From Candidatus Hydrogenedentota bacterium (GTDB taxonomy: Bacteria > Hydrogenedentota > Hydrogenedentia > Hydrogenedentales > SLHB01), in contig CAXXYE010000009.1 in assembly GCA_963674865.2 (NCBI GenBank), forward strand, positions 288,001 to 352,000: 64,000 bases of DNA. The letters run 5' to 3'. Numbering within the stretch: the first letter of the stretch is position 1; each line of letters starts with the position of its first letter. Shown piece after piece: positions 33,214 to 43,689 of the stretch. The notes beneath the pieces are model-generated. The model had not been told where the DNA came from. It did no database searches and saw only the letters and a program-made list of their open reading frames with translations. The position numbers and the translations under genes are program-made.

Positions 33214-36200
33214 TTATGGCAAGACAAGATCCAGTTTGTTGGGCCCGTCCGGCCCGATAATTACTACGCCTGACGTGAAGCGCATGTCGGCGAGAATCTG
33301 GCGTCGGCCACCTGGACTGTCCGGCTGGTAAGCGAAGACACCTACCGTGAACGTGCCCGGCTCTAGGCCGTCAAGTTCGTAGCGGCCCGTGCTGTCCACG
33401 GCTGCCTTCCCCGAGGCGTTCCCTTGAAACGCCAGCAAGGAATCGGCCGTCGACTCGGCGATCGGGTATTCCCCTTCTCTGGCTATGACAAGGGCCTGCT
33501 CATCCGCCCGCAGTCCCACGATTTGGCCGCTTAGGACCTGCCCTCGGGTGAAATTGAAGTCGCGTCGCGTTATGTAGCGGCTCCGCGTCTCTACGACAGC
33601 CCGCCCGGAGCGGTTCGACGCGTCGACGGACTGCGCGGTCACCATCAGTTCAGCACTGCCGACCGGGACATTATCGAGCCAATACGTACCGTCCGGCTCC
33701 GCGTCAACCTGCAGCCACTCAGGCGGTTCGCCCGAGGCGGCGGTGACCTGCACACCGACTTGCGCCGAGGCCGGAGCCGCTCCGTCGAAACGGATAACTC
33801 CGCTAAGCTCCGCATCCGCCGGAGGGAAGTCCACGTTGAGCGGCGTCACCTGCCCCTTGGCGACAACCACGTCTCTGGAAAGGCCCCTGCGCCTGCCGAC
33901 CTCCGCGGGCAGCATCACCTGGACATTAGTCTCGCCCGGTGTAAGGCCCGACAGCGTGAACACGCCGTCTTCATCGGTGGTATCCTGCGCAGCCGCATAC
34001 CCATAGACTTGGCCAGATACATAGGCAATCACACGCGAGCCGGGAATCGGTTGCCCGCCCAGCGTTACGCAGCCTCGGATCTCGCCCCCCGTGTCTAGGT
34101 AGACGAGCACGCCCGAAACCGTATCGTTTTCAGGCACGTCCTCTACCGCAACGGTGGACGGTGCGTAGCCCTCCGAACGCACGACGAGGCGCACGTCCCC
34201 CGTCTGCACGTGCTCAAGACGGAATCGCCCCTCCGTGTCGTGGACGTTGCACGAGGTGCCGTACCCGCCGCTAAGCGACGCGACCACGAAATCCTCAACC
34301 GGCTGGCGAGTCACCGCGCTCAACACCTGGCCTTCAACGCTCCCAAGGCCCGCCAGCACGAAATCGATATCCACGCTCCCCGCGGGAACCGCGTCGTGGC
34401 ATTCCCCGCTCAAGTTCGCGCTCTCCACAGACACGCGATATTCGCCCTCATCGAGCCCCGTAAGCACGTATGTGCCGTCTGTCTGCGACCGGCACCAACT
34501 GTATCCGTTCCCTTCAGCACGTATGTATGCGTACCGCACCGGCTCGCCCTCTGCCGTGGTGACCCGCCCGGATATGGTGAGGCCCTGCACTTCCTCGCCG
34601 TACACCGCGCGGAAGCCGGTGAGTTCCTCTCCCGGATCCACGCGGACTTGCCCCACGCACATGCGCGTCAGGAACGGTGCTTCCTCGGGCTTCTGGGCCT
34701 CAGCATAGACATCGTACGCGCCTGCGGTTAGCCCGCTGAGCCGGAACCACCCCTCTAGTCCTGTGAGCGTATGGGGCGACGCCCCCTCCACGGGGAAGAC
34801 GGGCACGGCCGTGACGATTGCCTTCAAAGGTGAGGTAAGAAAAAAGTTCCCATTCGCGTCCACCAGTTCGCCTTCGATGACGGCGGCGGGGCTGACCTCA
34901 ATGCGGAGGTCATCCATGCCCGAGGCAGTCACGTCAGCGGGGCCAATGCGCTCGCTGGCAAGGCGATCGGCCTTTCGCGCGCCGATGTAGACATCCTGAA
35001 TGGGCGTGCCGATCTCCAGGTCGAAATGCCCACTCGAGTCCGAAAACGCGAACGCGTGTGTAATCCCCTCCGACTCACAGAACACGGCCGCCCCCGCCAC
35101 GGGCCGGCCCTCTTCATCAAACACGGAACCGGTTATGTGCGGGCCTGTCGAAGCCGCCACCACCTTGAGTGTCCCCGCCGGCACAACCTCTCCCGCGCCG
35201 ACGATCACCTCGCCGCCCGCGCCCGGAGCCAGAGAGCACCCCGGTGTGGCAAGTTGAAGTACATAGGCGCCGTCCTGCAATCCGGATACTGCAAAGGCTC
35301 CCTCAGAGTCCGCCGGTTCGCTGAAGAAACAATCACCGCTACCGCTCTTCCTGGCTACGACCTGCACGTTCTCAAGAGGCGCGCCCGTCTGCGCATCGCA
35401 AACTTCTCCCGTGATCTTTCCTCCTGGACGGGCCGCGATCAGCAGGTCGGTGATAGTCTCCCCTGCATGGACCTCGAGTTGCGGTAGATCGAGCGGCACG
35501 ACGAGCGAGGCGTCGTCCAATGCGATCGGCCACTCACCGGTAGGAATCCCGGCCATCCGAAACTCGCCCTGGGAGTCCGTGGCTGAGCGAATGGCATGGA
35601 CTCCTAAGGAGATCTCCACGACCACGTCCGTGACGGCTTCGCCTGTCGCCTCGTTGATCACCTTTCCGGACACGCTGGCTCCCGGAGACAACGTTATCTG
35701 AAGAGATTCCGTCCCCACGGGCACATCATCAACAACCGCCGCCCCAATGTTGTCACCCACCACCAGCAAGTCCCAGCGTCTCCGGCTGAACAGGCTGTCG
35801 ATGCGGAAGCGGCCCTCCTCATCGGTGACAACCGCCATGCTCTTTGTCCAGTTATCCCTGCCCCACTTAGGATAGACAGCCGCGGCCGCGACGGCCTCCC
35901 GGTGTTCGTCCACGACAGTGCCCGCGATCGGCCCGCCGTTCTGCAACTCAAGAATGTTTGGGCCGTCCATCGTGTTGTGCGATTCCTTGCTCGCTCCATA
36001 AACCGACCTGAGCAGGATTCCATCCGGGCCGTAGGCCATGAGCCGGTAGTCCGAAACGGATAGGTTGGTGAATGTGAAGCGGCCCCAATTATCGGCTGTC
36101 GTCGTTTTCCAGACATTCTTCGGTGGCGCGCCCTCTTGGTGCGTTCCCAACAGATTGCGCCCGAGATCCACGCGCGCGCCAGCAACCTTCGACCCGTCCG

Positions 36201-37236
36201 GATAGACCACAATACCGTGAATCGTGCCTGTGCCCTTGGTGGGCCGTTCCCAAGTCAGTCTCGGCTTCCGGACTGGAGGCGTTTCGACCTCCACCTCGAT
36301 CGGTTCCGGCTCGGATTCACTCGCCTCGTGCTGTGAGATGATCAGATCAAGGGCCTTCTTGAGTGCGTCACTCGCATTCTCGAACTGCATGTCCTCCGCC
36401 GATGCGCCGATGTTCGACGCTATCACCAGCGGCGCCGTCTTCGGCTCCTCCGCGGCCGTCCTCTCCCCGTCGCCCTGGCCCCGCCATAATCCGACTGTCG
36501 CGGCAAGGCCCATGGCAATCAACAGCGTGATCTTCCCCATGGTGAACCATCCTCCTAATCGTTGTAGGACGCCTGCCGCCGTCAGCGCTCCTGCCGAATG
36601 TCCTGCTACTTCCCATGCAACGGGCGCCGCCAAGGCAACGCCCATGATCCTCGCTACACGTTCCCTCTCATCACCCTCAGTTTCCCCGGCCGCCGTCAAT
36701 TCCTTCAGCATCCGATCGCTGAGTGCATTCCGTGCTCGCTGAAGCCGTTTGCGCACCGTGGCCTTCGAAACGGCCAACAAATGGGCGATTTCCGGAGCGG
36801 ACTTCCCCGCGAAGTAATAGAGCGTCAGGACTTCCCGGTGTATCTCATCGAGTTCCTCGAGCTGTGTCCTGAGCATGTCTCTTAGCTCCTGCTGCTCCAC
36901 GTCGGGCGTGTGGACGGCCGGTTTGCGACGGATATCTGCAAGTTGCGCCGCCTCCCGTCTGGCCGTGCGGTGTACCTGGCTACAGCAGCGCTTCGTGATG
37001 GTTATCAACCAGGGGCCGAATTTCGCCGGTTCCCGCAAAGTATCGAGGCGTTGGAGGGCCTTCAGAAAGGCATCTTGCGTCACGTCATCGGCGTCAGCGT
37101 GGTTGCCCGTGCCCGCGTAGGCCACGGCCTGCACGGCGCGCACATAGCGCTCCACCAGCGTGCCGAAGGCCTCGCGATGTCCCCCGAGTACCAATCTGAC
37201 CACCTGGAGATCGCTTGGCTTCTTGAACCACAGCAT
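33214..37236 (-). CDS. ECF sigma factor fused to a TM helix and carboxypeptidase-regulatory-like repeats, paralog 2
   Basis: DADDVTQDAFLKAL, FGPWL, LDEIHREVLTLYYFAG...VRKRLQRAR; collinear with paralog 1 (e.g. GIVVYPDG, PP.NVWKTT, G.EGW..LSGLT). ATG at 37236 follows GGAGGG. Confidence 0.88.
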   Translation of the reverse strand: MLWFKKPSDLQVVRLVLGGHREAFGTLVERYVRAVQAVAYAGTGNHADADDVTQDAFLKALQRLDTLREPAKFGPWLITITKRCCSQVHRTARREAAQLADIRRKPAVHTPDVEQQELRDMLRTQLEELDEIHREVLTLYYFAGKSAPEIAHLLAVSKATVRKRLQRARNALSDRMLKELTAAGETEGDERERVARIMGVALAAPVAWEVAGHSAGALTAAGVLQRLGGWFTMGKITLLIAMGLAATVGLWRGQGDGERTAAEEPKTAPLVIASNIGASAEDMQFENASDALKKALDLIISQHEASESEPEPIEVEVETPPVRKPRLTWERPTKGTGTIHGIVVYPDGSKVAGARVDLGRNLLGTHQEGAPPKNVWKTTTADNWGRFTFTNLSVSDYRLMAYGPDGILLRSVYGASKESHNTMDGPNILELQNGGPIAGTVVDEHREAVAAAAVYPKWGRDNWTKSMAVVTDEEGRFRIDSLFSRRRWDLLVVGDNIGAAVVDDVPVGTESLQITLSPGASVSGKVINEATGEAVTDVVVEISLGVHAIRSATDSQGEFRMAGIPTGEWPIALDDASLVVPLDLPQLEVHAGETITDLLIAARPGGKITGEVCDAQTGAPLENVQVVARKSGSGDCFFSEPADSEGAFAVSGLQDGAYVLQLATPGCSLAPGAGGEVIVGAGEVVPAGTLKVVAASTGPHITGSVFDEEGRPVAGAAVFCESEGITHAFAFSDSSGHFDLEIGTPIQDVYIGARKADRLASERIGPADVTASGMDDLRIEVSPAAVIEGELVDANGNFFLTSPLKAIVTAVPVFPVEGASPHTLTGLEGWFRLSGLTAGAYDVYAEAQKPEEAPFLTRMCVGQVRVDPGEELTGFRAVYGEEVQGLTISGRVTTAEGEPVRYAYIRAEGNGYSWCRSQTDGTYVLTGLDEGEYRVSVESANLSGECHDAVPAGSVDIDFVLAGLGSVEGQVLSAVTRQPVEDFVVASLSGGYGTSCNVHDTEGRFRLEHVQTGDVRLVVRSEGYAPSTVAVEDVPENDTVSGVLVYLDTGGEIRGCVTLGGQPIPGSRVIAYVSGQVYGYAAAQDTTDEDGVFTLSGLTPGETNVQVMLPAEVGRRRGLSRDVVVAKGQVTPLNVDFPPADAELSGVIRFDGAAPASAQVGVQVTAASGEPPEWLQVDAEPDGTYWLDNVPVGSAELMVTAQSVDASNRSGRAVVETRSRYITRRDFNFTRGQVLSGQIVGLRADEQALVIAREGEYPIAESTADSLLAFQGNASGKAAVDSTGRYELDGLEPGTFTVGVFAYQPDSPGGRRQILADMRFTSGVVIIGPDGPNKLDLVLP

Positions 37237-37334
37237 CCGGTTTCCCCTCCATCCACAATAATGAGTCCCGAGGCGCGTCAAGTGTGACTTATCCCGGGCG
37301 ATATCCCCCGCCGTCATCCCACGAGGGCGAAAGC

Positions 37335-38318
37335 CTATCCTTCCCCGTGAATGGCTCCCAGCCGGATGCACGCGGCCGCGCGTGCCGTGCCGGCTTGTGT
37401 TTCGAGCGCCGGCGTCGCCTCCGCGCAGGCGGGCGTCGCATAGGCGCAGCGCGGGTGAAACGGGCAGCCCCCGGGCGGATTGAGCGGCGACGGTGGATCA
37501 CCACGCAACAGCACCCGCCGCCGCGCCCGTTCCCGGGCCGGATCGGCAATGGGCGCGGCGCTCAGCAGCGCCATCGTGTACGGGTGCAGGGGATGGCTGA
37601 AGACGTCCCCGGCCGGCCCCGACTCGACGATCTTCCCCGCGTACATCACCGCGATGCGGTGTGCCACGTGTTTGACCACCGACAGGTCGTGCGAGATCAG
37701 GATCATCGTTAGCCCGGACTCCTCACGTAGCCGCGCCAGGAGATTCAGTATCTGCGCCTGCACCGACACGTCCAGGGCGGACACCGGCTCGTCCGCGACC
37801 ACCAACCTCGGATTCAGCGCCAGGGCGCGGGCGATGGCGATGCGCTGACGCTGTCCCCCCGAAAACTCGTGCGGATACTTGCGCATGAACCGCGCTGCCA
37901 GTCCCACGCGCCCCATCAACGCGCCCACGCGGGCCGCCAGTTCCCGCCGCCGGGCCAGCCCGTGCACCAGCATCGGCTCGGCCAGGGCGTCGAACACCGT
38001 CATGCGAGGATTGAGCGACGCGTAAGGATCCTGGAACACCATCTGCAACGCGGGCCGGAGTCTCCGCAAGGCCCGGGGAGCCAACCGGCAAAGATCCGTC
38101 CCCTCAAATCGCACCATTCCCGCTGTCGCGGGCACCAGTTGCAGAATTGTCCTCGCCAAAGTCGATTTGCCGCAGCCCGATTCCCCCACCAATCCAAGGA
38201 CCTCCCCGGCCGCCACCGACGCAGACACCCCGTCAACCGCCTTCACGACGCCCCGCGCTCCGCCGCGCACCGGGAAGTGCGTCTTCACGTCAACCAGTTC
38301 GAGCAACGCCGCGCTCAT
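37335..38318 (-). CDS. oppF: Oligopeptide ABC transporter ATPase
   Basis: [48 protein letters not shown]. Confidence 0.92.
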   Translation of the reverse strand: MSAALLELVDVKTHFPVRGGARGVVKAVDGVSASVAAGEVLGLVGESGCGKSTLARTILQLVPATAGMVRFEGTDLCRLAPRALRRLRPALQMVFQDPYASLNPRMTVFDALAEPMLVHGLARRRELAARVGALMGRVGLAARFMRKYPHEFSGGQRQRIAIARALALNPRLVVADEPVSALDVSVQAQILNLLARLREESGLTMILISHDLSVVKHVAHRIAVMYAGKIVESGPAGDVFSHPLHPYTMALLSAAPIADPARERARRRVLLRGDPPSPLNPPGGCPFHPRCAYATPACAEATPALETQAGTARAAACIRLGAIHGEG

Positions 38319-39289
38319 AGCTCATCCGCCTGAACGCGCAGGCACGCCGATGCATGGCCCGTGGCAACTTCTTCGAGCGCCGGCGTCTCCTGACGGCAGC
38401 GCTCAACTGCGTGCGGACAACGCGGCGCGAACGGGCACCCCGATAGCGGCTGGATCAGATCCGGAGGCATGCCTGGGATGGTGTACAACGCCTCTCCCCG
38501 CTCATGGGCGCTGGGCAATGACGCCATCAGCGCCTCTGTGTACGGATGGCGTGGATTCGCGAAAACCGCGTCCGTCGCCGCCGACTCGACCACCTTCCCC
38601 GCGTACATCACCAGCAGGCGGCCGCATGTCCCCGCGACCACGCCCAGGTCGTGTGTGATCAGAATCACCGCCATCCCCGCCGCTTCCTGCATACGCTTGA
38701 GCAGGTCCAGAATTTGCGCCTGCACGGTGACGTCGAGGGCCGTTGTCGGCTCATCCGCGATGAGCAGCGCCGGATTCGTGATAACCGCCATGGCGATCAG
38801 CACTCGCTGGCGCATCCCTCCGCTGAACTGGTGCGGGTAGTCGCTCATCCGCCCCGCCGCGTCGCGAATGCCCACCGCTTCCAGCGCCTCGATAGCCCGT
38901 CCCCGCGCCTCTCGGCGCGAACCCGCCCCGTGTAGCAGCAACGGCTCCATCACCTGCCCGCCGACGCGCATATACGGATTCAGCGCCGTCATAGGATCCT
39001 GGAAGATCATGCTGATGCGCCGGCCCCGGATGGCTCGGAGCGCCCTCGGCGTGCAGGCCAACAAATCCCTATCGTCAAACCGGGCCGAGCCGGACTCGAC
39101 ACGCCCCGGCGGCGCTGGAATCAGGCCCAACAGCGAATACGCCGTCACCGACTTCCCCGAACCGGACTCGCCCACGATCCCAAGCGTCTCGCCCGCTTTC
39201 AAGTCGAACGACACGCCCTCCACCGCCCGGACCACCCCCTCCCGCGTGTGAAACCGCGTTGTCAGGTTGTCTACTGTCAGCAGGGCCAT
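38315..39289 (-). CDS. oppD: Oligopeptide ABC transporter ATPase
   Basis: [38 protein letters not shown]. Start set at MALLTV (39289). Confidence 0.92.
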   Translation of the reverse strand: MALLTVDNLTTRFHTREGVVRAVEGVSFDLKAGETLGIVGESGSGKSVTAYSLLGLIPAPPGRVESGSARFDDRDLLACTPRALRAIRGRRISMIFQDPMTALNPYMRVGGQVMEPLLLHGAGSRREARGRAIEALEAVGIRDAAGRMSDYPHQFSGGMRQRVLIAMAVITNPALLIADEPTTALDVTVQAQILDLLKRMQEAAGMAVILITHDLGVVAGTCGRLLVMYAGKVVESAATDAVFANPRHPYTEALMASLPSAHERGEALYTIPGMPPDLIQPLSGCPFAPRCPHAVERCRQETPALEEVATGHASACLRVQADEL

Positions 39290-39294
39290 GCGCG

Positions 39295-40182
39295 TCAATC
39301 CTTCGACGCCCGCGGATCCAGGGCGTCCCGGAGGCCATCGCCGAGGAAATTGAGCGAGAACAGCGTCGCCGACAACGCCGCGCTCGGAAACACCAGGAGC
39401 CAGGGATACTCCTCCATCGTCTCCACCCCTTCTTTCACCAGGAGTCCCCACGAACTCATCGGCGGCTGCACGCCCAAACCCAGGAAGCTCAGAAACGCCT
39501 CCATCAGCATCACCTGCGGGATCGTCAGCGTCGCGTATACGATCACCGGGCCGAGCACGTTGGGAATCAGGTGCCGCATCAGAATCCGCCGACGCGTCAG
39601 GCCCATGGCGAGCGCCGCCTCGATGAATTCCTTCTCCTTCAACGACAGCACCTGGCCCCGGACAATCCGCGCCATCGTCAGCCACTGCACCGCCCCGATG
39701 GCCAAGAACAGCAGCACGATGCTACGCCCAAAGAAGACCATCAGGATGATCACGAATATCGTGAAGGGCAACGCATACAGAATATCCACCAGCCGCATCA
39801 TCACGGCGTCCGCACGCCCGCCCGCGTAGCCTGCCACCGCGCCGTAGGTAACGCCGACCACCAGCGACACCGCCGTCGCCGCCACGCCCACCATGAGCGA
39901 GATCCGGCCCCCGTAGAAGATGCGCGTCAGCAGGTCGCGTCCGAGCTGATCCGTGCCCAGCCAATGCCGGGCGCTGGGCGACGACGCCCCCAGGTCCAGG
40001 TCCTGTTCGGCATACGAATACGGCAGCAGACAAGGAACAACCACGACCGCCAGCACGACCACCGCCAGCGTCACCCCGCCGGCCACGGCAAGACGATTAC
40101 GTACGAGGCGCCGCCACGCATCCCGCCAGAGCGACGTCCCCTTCTCGATCATCGCCGCGCTCTGTCTCGTGCCCTCACCCAT
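39295..40182 (-). CDS. oppC: Oligopeptide ABC transporter permease
   Basis: SLWRDAWRRL, HWLGTDQLGRD, EFIEAA, EAFLSFLGLG, GDGLRDALDPR. Confidence 0.92.
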   Translation of the reverse strand: MGEGTRQSAAMIEKGTSLWRDAWRRLVRNRLAVAGGVTLAVVVLAVVVVPCLLPYSYAEQDLDLGASSPSARHWLGTDQLGRDLLTRIFYGGRISLMVGVAATAVSLVVGVTYGAVAGYAGGRADAVMMRLVDILYALPFTIFVIILMVFFGRSIVLLFLAIGAVQWLTMARIVRGQVLSLKEKEFIEAALAMGLTRRRILMRHLIPNVLGPVIVYATLTIPQVMLMEAFLSFLGLGVQPPMSSWGLLVKEGVETMEEYPWLLVFPSAALSATLFSLNFLGDGLRDALDPRASKD

Positions 40183-40185
40183 GAC

Positions 40186-41103
40186 TCACTCGTACCGCGC
40201 GCGCGGATCGAGCCACGCCTGTCCGACGTCGACGATGAGGTTGAAAAGCAGGATGAGCGTCGCGAAAAACAACACCGTCCCGAGAATCATCGTGTAATCT
40301 CGGTTGAATGCGGCCTGGACGAATTCCCGGCCCAACCCGGGCACCTGGAAGATCGTCTCCACCACAAACGAGCCGCTTAACAGACCCGCCGCCGCGGGCC
40401 CCAGAAACGCCACCACGGGCTGCACCGACCCCCGCAGCGCATGGCGCACGAGCACCCGCGCCTCCGACGCCCCTTTCGCCCGCGCCGTGCGGATGAAATC
40501 CTGAGAGAGGACCTCGAGCATCCCCCCCCGGCTCAGCCGCGCCACGTAGGCCGCGTAGGCCGCGCCCAACGTCAGCGCGGGAAGGATCTTGTCCGCCGGC
40601 GCATCCCAGCCGGACACAGGTAGCCAGCCCAGCCACAGCGAGAACACGAGTACCAGCAGCGGCCCCAGCACAAAGCTCGGGACGCAAATCCCCACCATCG
40701 CCAGGCTCATCGGCAAGTAGTCCGTCCATGAGTTGGGGCGCCAGGACGCCACGACTCCCGCGACGAGCCCAATCCCCAGCGCCACCAGCAGGGCGTAGAC
40801 TCCCAATTCCAGCGAAACCGGGAACCGCAGCCAAATCCATTCCGCCACCGACCGGCTCGGCTTTTTCATCGAAGGCCCCAGATCGCCATGAGCCAATCCC
40901 GTGAGGTATTCGACGTACTGAGCCGCCAGCGGCGCATCCAGGTGGTACGTTTCTTCGAGTTTCTGACGGACCTCCGCGCTCACTGCCTTCTCCGTATCGA
41001 ACGGCCCCCCGGGGGCAAGGCGAACTAGGAAGAACGTGACGGTTACGATGACAAGAAGGACGGGAACAAATTCGAGGACGCGTCTCAGTGCGAATCGCGC
41101 CAT
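40186..41103 (-). CDS. oppB: Oligopeptide ABC transporter permease
   Basis: APGGPF, GDLGPS, FPVSLELG, DFIRTARAKG, VETIF.VPGLG, NRDY. Confidence 0.93.
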   Translation of the reverse strand: MARFALRRVLEFVPVLLVIVTVTFFLVRLAPGGPFDTEKAVSAEVRQKLEETYHLDAPLAAQYVEYLTGLAHGDLGPSMKKPSRSVAEWIWLRFPVSLELGVYALLVALGIGLVAGVVASWRPNSWTDYLPMSLAMVGICVPSFVLGPLLVLVFSLWLGWLPVSGWDAPADKILPALTLGAAYAAYVARLSRGGMLEVLSQDFIRTARAKGASEARVLVRHALRGSVQPVVAFLGPAAAGLLSGSFVVETIFQVPGLGREFVQAAFNRDYTMILGTVLFFATLILLFNLIVDVGQAWLDPRARYE

Positions 41104-41113
41104 ACGCCGCCCC

Positions 41114-42751
41114 TCAGGTTCCGCCGTCCAGGTAGAGGTCCTTGAACGGGATATATCCCAGCGGATTCGAATGCCAACCCTTCACTTTGGGCGACATGAG
41201 GTACACGCGTGTGTAGAAGTAGATAGGGACCAGCGGCGCGTCGGCCATAAGGAGCGCTTCGGCCTGCTGAAATAGCCCGCGCCGCGTCGCCGGGTCGGCT
41301 TCCCGGGCCGCCTGAGTGATCAGGTCGTCATAGGCGGCGGATGAATAACCGGTCCGGTTATTCCCATTGCCCGTTGTGAAGCACTCGAGGAAGTTGATGG
41401 GATCGACCACGTCCGCGATCCAGCCCGATCGCGCCATGCCGTAATCGAGGTTCTGCATCGACGCCAGATACACCTTCCAGTCCTGATTGAGCAGGCCCAC
41501 TTCGACGTTCAGGCTTTCCTTCCACATCTGCTGTACGGCAGCGGCGATGAGCTTGTGATTCTCGCTCGTGTTGTACAGCAGTTCAACTTGGGGAAAGCTT
41601 TCCCCGTTGGGATATCCCGCTTCGGCGAGAAGGCGCCGCGCCTCCTCCACGTCATACGGAATGGTTGCCGCGCAAGTGTACCCCGCCGTGTCCGGCGGCG
41701 TGAAGTGATACGCCGCTTGCCGGCCCCCTTTGACCACCTTATTCACAAGCGTCTCGCGATCAAGCGCCATGGCGAAGGCCCGCCGGACGCGGACGTCGTC
41801 AAAGGGAGGCCGTGTCACGTTCAGCCGGTAGAAATACGTGCCGAGATACGGATCGATGTGGAGCTGCTCGGGGTGCTCCCGCTGATAGACCTCGATTTTG
41901 TTGACGGGCACGTTCTCCGTCAGATGAAGGCGGCCCCTCCGGAAATTCCGCTCCTCTGTAAGGAGGTCGTTGATCGGGTGGAACGAGACTCCCGGCAAGC
42001 GCACCTCCGCCGCATTCCAGTAGTAGGGATTCCGAACCACCGTGATGACTTTGTTCGGGTACCATTCCTTGAGCATAAACGCCCCATTGCCCACGTGGTT
42101 GCCCGGCTGCGTCCACTTAGTGCCCCGTTCATCCATGGCCCCGATGCGCTCGATGGTTGCTCGATGCACGGGATACCAGGACGAGTGCACCTGCATCGAC
42201 AGAAAGTACGCCGTGGGATGCTCGAGCGTTACTTCGAGTTCGAGGTCGTCGAGCGCGCGCACGCCGACCTGCGAGAAATCCGTCAGCAGGCCCTCGTTAT
42301 ACGCCCGCGCATTCTTGATGCACCAAAGCATGTAGCCATACTCGCTGGCCAGGCCAGGCGACAGAATCCGCTGCCACGCATACACGAAATCTCCCGCCGT
42401 GACGGGGTCCCCGTTCGACCAACGCCCCTCCGGGCGGAGCTGGAATCGGTACAACGTACCGTCGTCCGAAACCGTCCAAGAGGCCGCCGCCCCCGGCATG
42501 GGCGCCAGCGTCTCGGGATCCAAATTGACAAGGCCCTCGAACAGGGCGCCACAAATCCGATGTTCAGGGACACCCGTGACCACCTGCGGATCGAGTTCCT
42601 GAGGCTCATCCCCGTTGCCGACCTGCAGGAAGCCCCCATCACGGCCTTCGGCCGTGGTTGAACTGGGCGACGAGCACCCGGCAACGCCCAGGAGCCACGC
42701 CGATGCAAGCACTAGCGTAAGTTGCGATACGTTGTAGTTCTTCACGCTCAT
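41114..42751 (-). CDS. oppA: Oligopeptide ABC transporter substrate-binding lipoprotein
   Basis: Lipobox VAG|C; LFEGL, WSNGDPVTAGDF, NGAFML, NPYYW, GWIAD. Confidence 0.92.
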   Translation of the reverse strand: MSVKNYNVSQLTLVLASAWLLGVAGCSSPSSTTAEGRDGGFLQVGNGDEPQELDPQVVTGVPEHRICGALFEGLVNLDPETLAPMPGAAASWTVSDDGTLYRFQLRPEGRWSNGDPVTAGDFVYAWQRILSPGLASEYGYMLWCIKNARAYNEGLLTDFSQVGVRALDDLELEVTLEHPTAYFLSMQVHSSWYPVHRATIERIGAMDERGTKWTQPGNHVGNGAFMLKEWYPNKVITVVRNPYYWNAAEVRLPGVSFHPINDLLTEERNFRRGRLHLTENVPVNKIEVYQREHPEQLHIDPYLGTYFYRLNVTRPPFDDVRVRRAFAMALDRETLVNKVVKGGRQAAYHFTPPDTAGYTCAATIPYDVEEARRLLAEAGYPNGESFPQVELLYNTSENHKLIAAAVQQMWKESLNVEVGLLNQDWKVYLASMQNLDYGMARSGWIADVVDPINFLECFTTGNGNNRTGYSSAAYDDLITQAAREADPATRRGLFQQAEALLMADAPLVPIYFYTRVYLMSPKVKGWHSNPLGYIPFKDLYLDGGT

Positions 42752-42996
42752 CCTTCGATTGCAGGGCGGTACTTACGGGTGTGCGTGCATTATACCGGAT
42801 GTCTTGCAGCGGTTTCAGAGCGAAGACCGAAGGGCTGGAGCCTTCAAAAAAAAGACGTCTGGAGATGTCAAACGACATCCACCAGACGCCTTCGTATAGA
42901 CGTCCGAGAACGCTGCGCGTTCGCCCCAAAAGAACACTCCAAACAGGGGCGCGCCGCTACACTTGTCTAGCAGCGACCCGACAACGCGCGGCCCGG

Positions 42997-43368
42997 CTAT
43001 TCCTCTTCGCCACCGTGCCTTTCAAGGATCTCTGAAACCTGAGGCAGATCGCGCTCAACAGCGTAATACAGAGGCGTGTGCCCTTCATTGTCGCGCGCGT
43101 TGACGTCCGCACCCGACTTGATGAGAAGCTCCGCGACCGCCTCGTCATTCGTATACGCGGCGTAGTGCAGCGCGGTGCGGCCCCTGGCGTCCGTCTCATT
43201 CGGGTCGACGCCGTTCCCCAGGTGTTTGGACACCTCGTCGAAGTCGTTTTCCATCGCCGCTTGCTGGATCGAGTCAGTCCGTGTCTCGCCTCCGGTGACG
43301 CCGCAACCCGACGACAACATAATGACTAACGCCAATGCAACTGTAAGCAAACCACAAATCTTGCCCAT
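42997..43368 (-). CDS. Small ankyrin-repeat lipoprotein
   Basis: Lipobox LSSG|C; GRTALHYAA, GADVNARDNEGHTPLYYA. Confidence 0.85.
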   Translation of the reverse strand: MGKICGLLTVALALVIMLSSGCGVTGGETRTDSIQQAAMENDFDEVSKHLGNGVDPNETDARGRTALHYAAYTNDEAVAELLIKSGADVNARDNEGHTPLYYAVERDLPQVSEILERHGGEEE

Positions 43369-43689
43369 GGCCCCTCCTAATATCTACCTCCGGTCAAGCC
43401 CACTGCCTAGATTACAATATGTTTCCGCCCCCCTTCAACTTCATTCAAAATCGCCGATAGTAACCATCGCCGCGCACATCCTCTGAAACCCGTTCAGCAG
43501 GCGCGTGACGCCATCCGCGCCGGTAGTGCTCTTGCTGGCATTGACGTGACGTCCGGCGCTCTTGCGGCCGCCGGGCCATGCGACTCATTGCAGTGCCAAA
43601 TCGGCAATGGTAATATGGGCGCGTCGAAGTGACGTGCGCGCCGCGGTTCGGCGCGGCGTTCTCGGGGGCCAAGGAAAGCGAGGGATGCA

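Noticed and set aside
38315..39685. Long N-terminal extensions on OppD, AtpD, Ddl and others in the ORF track
   Set aside because: They overlap upstream genes or non-coding DNA; downstream starts match family N-termini and mostly have an RBS.
42789..42818. Promoter for oppA (perfect TATAAT on the minus strand)
   Set aside because: Plausible, but the -35 match is poor (CTGAAA at 18 bp); not enough support to list as a feature.
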